A DNA stretch of 63,788 nucleotides, filler included, from Lenisia limosa (taxonomy: Eukaryota > Protista > Breviatea), in assembly GCA_001655205.1 (NCBI GenBank). It is 16 parts of 16 records of this genome, joined end to end, with 100 filler letters (N's around TTAATTAATTAA, not from the genome) between each part and the next. Parts side by side here need not be neighbours in the genome. Positions count along the whole stretch, not along the records: positions 28,596 to 37,023 come from LPNZ01001588.1; positions 37,124 to 39,546 come from LPNZ01009876.1; positions 39,647 to 41,395 come from LPNZ01001393.1; positions 41,496 to 49,642 come from LPNZ01003336.1; 12 more parts are not named here. The stretch is one strand, 5' to 3'. The notes beneath the pieces were generated by a model that worked only from the letters and a program-made list of their open reading frames with translations, was not told the origin of the DNA and did not search any database. Below, piece after piece: positions 29,716 through 41,509 of this stretch. Position 1 is the first letter of the stretch; each line of letters opens with the position of its first letter. The position numbers and the translations under genes are program-made.

Positions 29716-32064
29716 ATGGGTATTGTGAAAGTTGGAGGATGTTGCAAAATTGATTGCTAGTCATTAAACTTGTTTTCCCTTGTTACATATCAATGTCACT
29801 ACATTGTCACCAGTACTAATCAGTAAGGTTGACAACCCTGTTGTTGAGTTAGATGGTGACGAGATGACGAGAATCATCTGGGATATGATTAAAAAGAAGG
29901 TTAGCTCATTGAATATGCCATTTGACTATTCAGCTGATTTTACCATATTTGGATATTGATATCAAGTATTACGACCTCTCAATCCAGAACAGAGATGCAA
30001 CAGATGACAAGGTAACGAGAATATTGCTGGATAAACTTATAGTCTGAAGGTTACAACTGAGGCAGCCCTTGCTATCCAAAAGTACAACGTTGGAATCAAG
30101 TGCGCCACAATTACCCCAGATGAAGCACGCGTGAAGGGTACTGATATTCACAGCAATAGTCGAGATATAAACAGAAAATTTTTAAATCACCTGCTTCTTG
30201 TCATAACATATGCTGTTAGTTAAATGACGTATCCTTACCAAGTGTTTATTTATTTTAGAGTTCAAACTCAAAAAAATGTGGCTTAGTCCTAACGGTACTA
30301 TTCGTAACATTCTTGGAGGAACCGTGTTCCGTGAGCCAATTCTTATCAGCAATATTCCAAAATACGTCAAAGGTCTGAAACATTTTCTCTTGTAATCTTG
30401 TCATACTCTTAGTTGGAGTATTCATAAATAAGTAGAGCCGTTTAACATATTAGAATGGAGTAAGCCAATTGTTATTGGGCGCCATGCTTTCGGAGATCAG
30501 TACAAGTATGACTTTTGTTCATTTTAATGTTAATAACATTTCTCTCCACTTACCCAAAAGAGCAACTGACTTCACTGTACCCGGACCTGGCAAGTTGACA
30601 GTCCATTGGGAACCTTCTGCTGGTTGGTGAATATATCATAGCAGTGACAAATAAAAAACATGGTTGTATCTGACCTACCAACACCTTTATAATATTGAAT
30701 AATTGTGTAATATTAATTCACCCAATCATTTGCCTTGTTACTCGATATTGAATTATAGTAATAATTTGGTGAATAGTGGAACTATGTGTTTCACAGTAAC
30801 ATCAAAGGTTCAACTGAAGTTCCAATTCAAAGAGAAGTGTACCAATTTGGTGTAGGCCTTTTCAATTCTTAAAACGATACTAGGTTGTGACATTCTAGGG
30901 TCCCGGTATTGCCATGACCATGTACAATACTGACAAAAGCATCAGAGATTTTGCTTACTCTTGTTTCCGATTTGCCCTCGAAAAAGTATGGTATTGAATC
31001 GAAATTTCAAAAACACAACATAAATGTTCAAGATAAAAATTTCAACCTCATAGAAATACCCTCTTTACATGAGTACCAAAAACACTATCCTCAAGAAATA
31101 TGACGGTCGATTCAAAGACATCTTCCAAGAAATCTACGACCGGTAAGTCATGTCCTTTTAGCTTCTTTTTTTTTGCAGGAAAGTCTCTATTGAAACTAGA
31201 ATCATCAAGAAGCTTCTCATCAAATTGTAGGGAGTTTAAGGAGCAATACGAAGAAGTTGGAACCTGGTATGCCATCAAACAATGTTTCACACTCCAATTT
31301 ATATTCTCCAGGTATGAACATCGCCTAATTGATGACATGGTGGCGTTTTGTATGAAAACTGCAGGAGGTAAGCTGACTAAGAAGTAAAGCCACCATCAGT
31401 ACAAATTATGGCTTAGGGTACGTTTGGGCATGTAAAAATTATGACGGAGATGTACAAAGCGACACCGTTGCTCAAGGATTTGGCTCTCTCGGCCTTATGT
31501 CCTCTGTCCTTCGCACTCCTGATGGCAAAACTGCCGAGTCCGAAGCTGCCCACGGAACCGTTACAAGGCACTACAGAAACCATATGGTGGGTTTCATCTT
31601 CACCCCTCACCAAGTTACCCTTGGGCCTTTTGCCTTACTCTTGTTAGGCTGGAAAAGAAACCTCAACGAACCCGATTGCCTCCATCTTTGCATGGACACG
31701 TGGACTTGAACACCGTGCTGAACTTGATGGGTAAACTACTTTTTTTTTTTTCAACGAAACTGACACTGCAGCAATGAGAAGCTCAAGCAATTCAGCCATA
31801 CTGTGGAAAAGGTGAATCAAATGAATCATAGCAGAGGTAACCATATAGGTCTGTATTGAGGCTGTGGAAGCTGGCTGGATGACCAAGGACCTTGCGCTTC
31901 TAATCCACAAAGACAAGTAAGATTCCATTTTGCTTCAAAAGCACGAGTATACCTGTTTGAGAATACTTTACAAATATAACAGAATGGAGCGCAAACACTG
32001 GCTATCAACTGAAGCATTTATGGACAAGTTGGCGGCCAATCTCAAGGAAGAATGGAAGCTCTAA
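29716..32064 (+). CDS. IDH1: NADP-dependent isocitrate dehydrogenase (probably cytosolic), complete, multi-exon (~14 exons)
   Basis: MGIVK|[37 protein letters not shown]|[92 protein letters not shown]; no N-terminal extension. Confidence 0.97.
30665..30742 (-). repeat. Family C fragment in IDH intron (antisense to host; an exception)
   Basis: GTATCTGACC..TAATATTAATTCACCCAATCATTTGCCTT. Confidence 0.7.
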
Positions 32065-32199
32065 CCCCGTACCCCTCTTCCTTGCATCATTTGTTATTTA
32101 TCACATCATCCTTATTTCAACATTCCAAATGGATCAAATCAGAATAAATAAATAAACATAATCGCATTCAACAACACGACTTTGGTATTCAAACAATAC

Positions 32200-34330
32200 C
32201 GTCACTGTACCAATATCATTTTACTTCACGAATGTTGAGGAGCAAAAAAGGACGTCATATCTCCGCACGTAATTTCTTGGGCGGCAATGAAGCTCAAAGA
32301 TGCTGACAAATTGTTGAAACTGCTGTAAATATTCTACAAGAGTAAGAACAAGAAAAAGAGATGGGAGAAAATCATCCTCAATGGCAGGTTCGATAAAAAT
32401 GCAGTGAATGATATACTTGCATGATACCGATGAAGTTCAAGTTGCAATAGGAGTAATGTAATTCATAATCAATATCCCTTAAGCGTGATGGTGTCCCATA
32501 CACCCATTCGAAAACAAAACCAAGTATTGCATTTGGCAAATCAAGAGGTAATAAGTTGCTCACATTCCCTTCCAAAAAAATAACCTGACCGATACTCTTC
32601 AAAAATCATGATAAACACGAGCAAAGGAAAATAAAAAATGAAGATTAAAAATGTTTAGACAGTAGCAGCATAAAATTAAACAACTACATACTGGCCCATC
32701 CCCAAAAACAGTTTTTTCTAAGACAAACAAAAAAATGTTGTCTTAATAAAGGAGGAGTAAATTATAGACGCTGGGATTAAAACCACATACATTTGTTGCG
32801 GTTGTGCTTGCACTAAGGTTGTGACAATACGACATAAGGGCATTGTGGACGCCTTCGACCGGGCTGATATAATTAAAAGCTACCCTTCTGCCAAGGTTGA
32901 CTGTGTGCTGTTCTAGTGTATTAGAAAGGAAAGGAACACAGCACGGTATCCAGTTTTTCAGCATACTCAATTTGACTTCAGCCTTCGAAAAAGTGTACTG
33001 GCGAACAACAGGTGAGAAGGGAGACGCAGCAGCTGCAGCAGAGATCGATTCTGATGCAGTGGTTGGCCATTTGGGGGTTGGAATATCACTATCCGATTCA
33101 CTTTCATTCTCTGATGATTCTTTGGTAGTAGTCTTGGAAGAAGCACCTGGACGCTCAATTTCTTTGGTTGCAAATTCTTCTTCTTCCTCTTCATCCTCTT
33201 CCTCTTCCTCCTCTTCACTTTCATCATCATCTTCACCAGCTCGAATCGTTCCAGTACCCCATGTTGAAGTGGGGGTGAATTCCTCGTCACTGGAGTCCGA
33301 ATCCTCTTCGCCTGCAACAACAACCTTGCCAAGCTGACTCATCGTGTTCCGAACTAGTAATGGCAGATGGCAGTGTGTGAAAAATTAAGAAACCACAATG
33401 GAGGAAAAATCTGGGAAAAAGGGAAAAAAAAAATTTGGTTTGGGATCAGATCATAGGAACTGTTTCGATTTAGGTTGTACAATCAGCTACAATCAGCTTG
33501 AATGCTGCATATTTCACATTGTTAAAAGACTATATTTAAGTGCCGATGTTTTTCTTCAGCTTACAGTGGTTGTTCATCAGCTGAGTAAACACAAGGTATT
33601 CAAGATAAGCGATTCTGAAAATAAATAGCAAAACACTTGAAATCAGCGGTGGTACATTTATAAAAAGAAACGAGGGGAGGCTGGGGAAGTTAACTTAAGT
33701 AGTCAATAGCTCAGGGTAGACGTTGACAAGCAAGATGCTTCCAACAAAGATGGAGACGTCACGGGCAATCTAAGAACGGTGAGAAAATGCAAGGCCGAAA
33801 TGTTTATGTGAAAATCAATCTGCAAAATTCCCAGACAAAGAAATATTCTATTTACTGTTCATGGGAAATAGCACTGAAGGAAGGTCAGATTCTTGGTTAC
33901 TGTGTATACACAGAGGTCAACTCCATGAAATATTCTGAATGAAAACAACTTGGTAGAAACAATGGAGTACGTCCATCAGAATTCTACACCTCATCCCATC
34001 ACGAGGGGGGTAATGGGTGTCACACCCCCTTTTAAAGCAAAAACAAAGAAAGATCAAACAAGAAAAATAATAATAAAAAATTTTCTTGATAATATTTACT
34101 ACTTCGCATAGTGCAAGCATTGCCTAACCAAAACTACGAAAAAATATGCAGGAAAGCAGAAACTCGCAATAATTTTTTTCAAATTACTTGTTTCAATGAA
34201 ATATGTGATTAGAAGAGAAACATTACAGGGTAGAAGACGCATATCCCACTGACCCTCCAATTACGAGACCAGAGCTCCGGAGTGTTGTACTGCCTTTTGG
34301 CTTCTTCTTTGATATTCTCTAACATTTATG
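32200..34330 (-). CDS. Hypothetical protein(s) with an acidic Ser/Glu-rich region, multi-exon
   Basis: 199-aa open frame 32743-33342 plus smaller candidate exons on either side; may be more than one gene. Confidence 0.45.
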
Positions 34331-34470
34331 CTGTTAAAAGAGGCCCACCAAAAAAAAAATTGTGATGAAAAGAGGGTTTTGATCATCAAGGATCATTGCG
34401 CCCTTTTTAACGAATTTTTTTTCTCCCAAAGCTTCTTTCATTTTTCGGGTTTACAGATTCGTAAAGTAGG

Positions 34471-36961
34471 ATGCCAGAGATCTCAGCCCCCTCAAAGAAG
34501 CAGTTTAAAGATACTGAGAAGGAAAAGGATGTCAGGCAGTCTTGTATTGTCGCTGCCAAGGGTAAGTCAGGGAGGTCACCACCTAATCGATGTGTTTTGA
34601 AAGAACTTGTGTTTTTTTCAATTTGCTCTAATTCTTCTCTTTAGCCGTGGCAGATGCCGTTCGTACTTCTCTCGGACCTCGTGGAATGGACAAAATGGTA
34701 TTTGAGGAGGATTATCAAGGAATAGGTCACGATGCTGTCTTTGAAATGAACTCTTCGTGCCTTATTATGCTATATAAGTGTTAATTTATGAACTTGGAAG
34801 GTCTAACTCCGCAGATTGTTGATGGCAAGAAAAATGTTGTTATTACCAATGATGGTGCCACTATCCTGAAGCAGATGAACGTTATCCACCCAGCTGCAAA
34901 AATGGTGAGTACTAAGTAAATTTTATCCCTAAACTATGAAAATGGGCATTTGCTGATTTCCCTTAGCTTGTTGAGCTTTCCAAAGCCCAAGATATTGAAG
35001 CTGGAGATGGTACTACCAGTGTTGTTGTCATTTGCGGTGCTTTCTTGAAGGCTGCTCTCGATCTCCTTGACAAAGGAATCCACGCTACCATTATTTCAGG
35101 TTGGTTTTATGATTTTAGCAGCGTGTTAGTTGAAATACGAGTTTTGGTGACCTTTTCCCTCAATACTCATCTTCATTGACCTCTCTAGATGCCTTCCAAG
35201 CCTGCGCTGTTGAGGCTACCAAGGTTCTTGAAGATATGGCCACCCCTGTCGAGCTTTCCGACCGTGAATCACTCATCAGCGCTGCCACCACTTCCTTGAA
35301 TTCAAAGGTTCGTTGATCTCTCTCTTCTGTTGTAAAACCACCAAAGTAGCGCATGTCTGACAGCCTAGGTTGTTTCACAATACTCTGAGCTTCTGTCGCC
35401 CATTTCCGTTGACGCAGTTCTCAGGGTCATTGACCCCGCTTCAGCCAAGAACGTCGAGCTCAACGACATCAAGGTTAGGGGGCTGTAATGCGTTTTTGAG
35501 GGGGCTACTTTCAAGCTGCTTTTTCAAAACTTGTGTGCCTAAAGTGTTTAATTTTTTTTGTTTTTATAAATTTGACCCTCACCCCCAGGTTGTGACCACA
35601 GTCGGCGGTACCATTGACGACACCGAGCTAGTTGACGGTATTGTGTTCCCTCAAGGTTGCGCCAAGAAGGCTGGTGGCCCCATCCGTATGAAGGACGCCA
35701 AGATCGCCCTCATCCAGTTCTGCGTGTCAGCCCCCAAGACTGACCTCGATAACAGGTGTGTTTTGGACCTTCGTTTGACACATTCTTGACATCCCTTTCA
35801 CCCACGTAGTGTGGTCATCAACGACTACGTTCAGATGGATCGTCTCCTCCGTGAAGAGCGCAAGGTTTGTTCATTTCTATCATCCCCAGAGATTCATTCT
35901 CCTCGATAAGAGCTCACCCGTGTAGTACATTCTCAAGATCTGTCGTACCATTCAAAAGTCTGGTGCCAACGTCGTCCTTATTCAGGTATGGGGTTTTACG
36001 AAAATAAATATACACTCAATTGTGATCACCGTATACTTCAGTCATACAAACTGTTATCGACTTTCATTAACGCACTTGAGCCGTACTACCCCCTCCCCCC
36101 TTGTTTTGTTTGTTTTTTTTTGAGCCTCCTTTTTTGTTTCTCCAACGGAGTTGATTTTGGGATTTTTTCTGTTTTCAATGAAGCGACTGGCTTGGGCTTT
36201 GTTTGTTTTGTTGTTATCTCCTCGTGTCTTGTAACCAACGGAGTTGATTTGGGCTTTTTTTTTGTTTCATAAATTTTCCAATTTTTACTCCTCCAGAAAT
36301 CCATTCTCCGTGACGCCTACAACGATATGGCCCTCCATTTCTTTGCCAAGCTCGGCATCATGGTGCGCGGGGTGGCTTGCTGGATGCCTTTGCAACATGC
36401 CTTGTTAGGGTTTGGTCTGACGCCAACAGGTCATCCACAACGTTGAGCGTGAGGACATTGAGTTCATCTGCAAGGGTACCGGCTGCCTGCCCATGGCCTC
36501 CATTGAGGCTGTGACTGCCGACAAGCTCGGCCGCGCCGACCTTGTTGAGGAGGTTACTACCGGCGAGAGCAAGGTTGTCAAGGTCACTGGCATCCCCAAC
36601 GCTGGAAAGGTGAGGGCATACACTGATCGCCAGATCTAACTACCGTAGATTGTGTCCGTCATCTGCCGCGCTTCCAACCAGCTTGTCCTCGAGGAGGTTG
36701 GCCGTTCTCTTCATGACGCCCTCTGTGTCGTCCGTTCAATTGTCAAGAAGCCGTAGGTGGACTAGTCCATTGTGTCTTTCACCCCTGACGGGTTCTCATT
36801 CCTGTGTATTCTTGTTGAACCTTGGTTGTCACCCCTTTAGCATGCTCATCACCGGTGGTGGAGCGCCTGAAGTCCGCGTGTCACAACACCTCATGGAGTG
36901 GTCCAAGACCCTCGGAGGAATGCACAGCTATTGCGCTCGCGCCTACGCTGAGGCTCTTGAG
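34471..36961 (+). CDS. CCT4: T-complex protein 1 subunit delta (CCT4), 3'-truncated at scaffold end
   Basis: [79 protein letters not shown]|[33 protein letters not shown]. Confidence 0.96.
36110..36296 (+). repeat. Family B repeat (partly duplicated) forming the 3' end of CCT4 intron 35986-36296
   Basis: ..CCAACGGAGTTGATTTGGGCTTTTTTTTTGTTTCATAAATTTTCCAATTTTTACTCCTCCAG|AAATCC; the junction is fixed by protein conservation (VLIQ|KSILRD). Confidence 0.92.
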
Positions 36962-37254
36962 GTTTGCTGAAATGCCGCTCTGATCAGGCCAACACTCTGT
37001 CTTCGTGTTTACCCCCCCCCCCCNNNNNNNNNNNNNNNNNNNNNNNNNNNNNNNNNNNNNNNNNNNNTTAATTAATTAANNNNNNNNNNNNNNNNNNNNN
37101 NNNNNNNNNNNNNNNNNNNNNNNTCACGAACCGAATAACCTGAAACTCCCAACAAAAAAAAATTAAAAAGCATGCAATAATAAACACGAGCAACCAACGC
37201 TAAAACAAGACACAAAGGGAGGAGGGTCATAATCGTTTCTATTTTTCATCCTTC

Positions 37255-39394
37255 CGCCCAGAGAACACGCGGAATCGATGAGACACAGACTCTCAAATGT
37301 AGAAAGCCGAATCCACATTGTCAAGAAGAAAGGTGTGGGGGTATGATAATCCTTTTATAATATATGATATATTATGCTATATAATATGATATATATTCGG
37401 CCAGATACATCATTATTTTGTTTTTCTCATTGCTATATAGTATACATAGAGCTATATCTTTCATAACTTTTCCAATTTTACTCCCCCCCCCCCCNNNNNN
37501 NNNNNNNNNNNNNNNNNNNNNNNNNNNNNNNNNNNNNNNNNNNNNNNNNNNNNNNNNNNNNNNNNNNNNNNNNNNNNNNNNNNNNNNNNNNNNNNNNNNN
37601 NNGCGCACATCATCACCCGTTATTTCTACGCCATCTCCACGAAGCTCTAAACCAAAGTGGGCTGCTATCTTTAGGGCTTCCCTATGGTCCCATAATAGAC
37701 TGAGTTTATCGATAATTCCTCGATAAATATCGATAGTTCACGTGTCTTTTTCAGACAGTAGGCTTATTATGGATGGATGAGAGAGAGGGGAGGTAATGAT
37801 TGTAATCAAGCGATAAACCAAGGTATAACCCCCGACGTTTGGGTGATCGAGCGGTGGTGGGACTCTTCAGGCTGGCTCGGGCTTGTTTTTGTTTTTGTGG
37901 TTTTGTCTAGTTTCAGCGTTGGTTGCTCGTGTTTGTTATTGCTTGTTTGTTTTTAGTTTGTTTGGAGTTTCAGATTATTTAGTTCGTGGTTAGTACCTTT
38001 ACGCCAATATTCTCCCCAATTAATGATGAGATCTTTGTTTGTTTTGTTGTTATCAATCCTCGTGTGCTGTGAAGCAACAAAGTTGATTTTGGGCGTTTTT
38101 TTTTTTCTTCATAAATTGGTCCTCTTTACTCCCAGCAGCACCCGGGTAAAACCGACAAGATCATCATCATCGCCACGCACAACGTCCTCACGCACAACGT
38201 CCTCCCGCCAACCCCTGTCAAAACCATCATCCATGTCAAAACTTGGCCCCGCGCCCGCCTCGTCTCCAAATACCCGGGCCAGGCCGAAGGACTCCCTCAA
38301 ACCGCCGCCAGCTCGGCCAAGATCCACGTGGGGGGGGGGGTAAGAAGGCTTCATGGNNNNNNNNNNNNNNNNNNNNNNNNNNNNNNNNNNNNNNNNNNNN
38401 NNNNNNNNNNNNNNNNNNNNNNNNGTCATCACTTAGAGAGCTCATTTCAACGCAAAGAAAACAGGTTGGAGGGCTTTTTTTTTAACCCAAATGGCCGAAT
38501 TCCTCTATAAACCATTGACATATTTCGATGAACCATCGATATATTTCGATAAATTCTCGATATAAATCATTGACATATTTCGATCACTGAACGATAACTT
38601 CATTTTCACTTTCATTTCTAATTTTGTTAATTTCCTCAAAATATTAACTGCACAAAGTCCTACTCTGAACCAACACACCAGGAGTATCGGTTCAGAGTAA
38701 CCAGAATTATTTAACTCTAGGCTTTTTTTGTTAGGGCTTCACTTCGGCCCGAAAAAGACCCCCCTCATGCGGGGCTGCAAAAGCGACTGGTCTGGGCTTT
38801 GTTTGTTTTNNNNNNNNNNNNNNNNNNNNNNNNNNNNNNNNNNNNNNNNNNNNNNNNNNNNNNNNNNNNNNNNNNNNNNNNNNNNATAAATTTCCCAATT
38901 TTACTTCCCCTCAGTTCAAAAAATCGAGCAATGGCTCTTTTGAGGTCGAGTTTATCGGCTTCCCTTCCAACCCATCTGCTTCCGACAAAGTGGCTTCCGA
39001 AGCTTCCGAGGCCCCGACAGCCGAAACTGACTCCTTTCGAAATAACACCGCCAAACGCTCCACGTCATCAGCACCATCTTCCCCAATAGAAGACCTGGAA
39101 TTCCCCTCCGAGCCCCAAGCATCCGATCCCAGCGCCCTTTTTGCCGACTCTGCCCTATCCATTCCCCTCCAGGACCTTGAGCCCCTGTCATCCCCAGAAT
39201 CTTCACCACCTCCATCTCCTCCATCATCTTGCTCATCCGAATCTTCGGCACCCCCTCCGCTGCCGGACTATAGCACGCCCTCACCGCGTGGTCTTGGGAA
39301 GGCTCTTCCAAATAAGGCAAGTGTCGGCGATTTTACCGAAGTTGACCCTTTCAACTACGCTTCAGATGCGCCTTCTTTGGTGGGGTGGGTGTAA
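37255..39394 (+). CDS. Hypothetical protein gene fragments with C-rich exons
   Basis: Exons EHAESMRHRLSNVESRIHIVKKK, HPGKTDKIIIIATHNVL..SSAKIH (38139-38327), FKKSSNGSFEVEFIGFPSN.. (from 38915, Pro/Ser-rich). Confidence 0.5.
37672..37766. mobile_element. hAT-like MITE (family A)
   Basis: TAGGGCTTCCCTATGGTCCC..TCTTTTTCAGAC. Confidence 0.65.
37885..38138 (+). repeat. Family F followed directly by family B, ending at an acceptor
   Basis: F body to ~38012, then B from ~38030 to TTTACTCCCAGCAG|. Confidence 0.8.
38765..38914 (+). repeat. Family B repeat ending at an acceptor (preceded by the left end of a family A MITE, 38732-38760)
   Basis: ATGCGGGGCTGCAAAAGCGACTGGTCTGGGC..[gap]..TTTCCCAATTTTACTTCCCCTCAG|. 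Confidence 0.8.
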
Positions 39395-40039
39395 CACTTG
39401 CATTACTAAATAACACAACTATAAATAACACTAATAACATCAACAACATCACTAACAAACATCAATACATTAATGCCATTCATTACATTAACGCCATTAG
39501 CCTGAACAGCCATCCGAACGGTCGTCCAACTCCTCCACAGCCTCCANNNNNNNNNNNNNNNNNNNNNNNNNNNNNNNNNNNNNNNNNNNNTTAATTAATT
39601 AANNNNNNNNNNNNNNNNNNNNNNNNNNNNNNNNNNNNNNNNNNNNTATTTCTCATTGCTATATATAAATCACCATTTAGACCTGTACCGAAAATAAAAT
39701 CTTCATTGGCGATAGCATTTGTATCGAATGTGGGGGGTAGGCATCACTTTTTTTCAGAAGAAATTCTTGCATGTAAGTCTAATCCCTGAATGAGATTTCC
39801 ATTCTGTCAAGACTTGCCACAGCACTATATGATGACATGTGGAGTCTATTGGTGAAATGGTTTTCATTCATTCTATAGAGCTTAAATGAAGAATATTATC
39901 TGTGGTTTATTATCGCACCCCTCAAAACTTAATATCCTTGCTACTCTAAAAAAAACATTCAAATGCAACCACGGGTGAATCATTTAATATCATATCCCTG
40001 ATAAACAACTTCAATATCATCTTTTTACTTGCCCATTTT

Positions 40040-41335
40040 CACCGTTTAGCTGGTCCTCTTCACACCTGTGGAGCCAACAGCTATTACCAAACAACTGGCA
40101 CTGTGGGAGGGGGAGGGGTGGGTGGAGGCTGTGTGCACACATTTTAGGACTAAACGAGTGAAAAAAAGCGACACTCTGTCTTTTTTTGGGCCGTGTGAAA
40201 TTAAAACTCGTGCTTCATCTCGGTATAATCGTTATCCAGAAATTCACTCTTTTTGGGCGGAAGTGAAGCCCTAAGTATCTGTATAACTTTTCAGGGTTCT
40301 ACCGCTGCAGTCCTTTACCCCTCATCATACGAACTCAATGTTTCTGATGGCTGGGCTGACAAGGTGAAGAGGACTACCTAATACATGGGATCTCAAAAAG
40401 GTGGAATATACTCTCTCTATATAGTATATAGTATATGATACATTAAGTTTACCTTGAGGGGGGGCCAGCCAGTTGCTGAATTTTTCTTTGTGGGACTTTT
40501 TGGATCCATCTGGATTGTGATTTGTGCTATTTGGTTTGAAATGACTGACCCAGGTTTCCTTTGTCTCTAGTATGGTCTATGGGCTGTGTATCACAACTGA
40601 AGGTTTGTTAGGGAGAGGGGACAGTGTCTTAATACTCATTTCTTTCAAGCCAGAAATGATTATTTTTTGATTCTGTAATTTTGATCCTTTTAGATAATAA
40701 AGTCAAATGTGTCGGCATCAATGGGAATAGTCAGGTAGGAATTGGTGGTAAGGTCGGCATCTTATTCTTGACCGATTTCCGGGAAACTGGTTATATTGGT
40801 CAAGGCTTACCCCGGTTGCTGCAACAGGTGCCACCGAATAGAGTTTTTTTGGACAGCTTCTTCTAGATGATACCTTTTTGACGTCCACTTGGGAACAGAT
40901 TCCTCTTCATAAAAAAAAAAATAATTCTGTTGTAGCATGATAATGATATCTCCGGCAAAATCGCCACCCCCAACCTTGTCCAAGATTTTGCTCTTCTGGG
41001 AGAGGTCATTACCGATTTCAAGACTGGGGCGTACCATGGCATCATTTTGACCGGTGAGAATGTTGATTTGATTTGTTTTCATCTGAAAACGGTGTGTTCA
41101 TTGCTTTATTGTACTTCAAAAGAACGAAACGCAAAACAACCTGAAAATAACCCACTATGCAATCCTCCTCTTCAAGAATGTACATTGTCAAAGAAGAGTT
41201 TTTTTTTTTTCAAACAAAAGTGGGCTTACCTCATTGTTTAGCGTCACAAAAGGTCTATACTTGGGGCAGTTATTCTCATAGCCAGTTGATGAGATCGCCC
41301 AATGCCTTAGAAAATGGCATCCCTGGAGAGGTTAG
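40040..41335 (+). CDS. RCC1/BLIP-II repeat protein, multi-exon, partial
   Basis: LHTCGANSYYQTTG, GLCITTEG, DNKVKCVGINGNSQVGIG, IATPNLVQDFALLGEVITDFKTGAYHGIILT, KVYTWGSYSHSQL. Confidence 0.75.
40208..40273. mobile_element. hAT-like MITE (family A), internally deleted
   Basis: ..TTTTGGGCGGAAGTGAAGCCCTA. Confidence 0.6.
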
Positions 41336-41509
41336 CACAACGACGTTATTTAACTGTTTAATAATATTAGTACATATCATATATCATTCTTATCCNNNNN
41401 NNNNNNNNNNNNNNNNNNNNNNNNNNNNNNNNNNNNNNNTTAATTAATTAANNNNNNNNNNNNNNNNNNNNNNNNNNNNNNNNNNNNNNNNNNNNTCTGG
41501 GGGGGGGGG

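Noticed and set aside
32050-32064. C-terminal WKL of IDH as a peroxisomal PTS1
   Set aside because: Trp at -3 does not fit the (S/A/C)-(K/R/H)-L consensus.
33917-34030. Ankyrin-like peptide NSDGRTPLFL on the minus strand
   Set aside because: Single short motif; I could not assemble a full ankyrin repeat with consistent splice phases.
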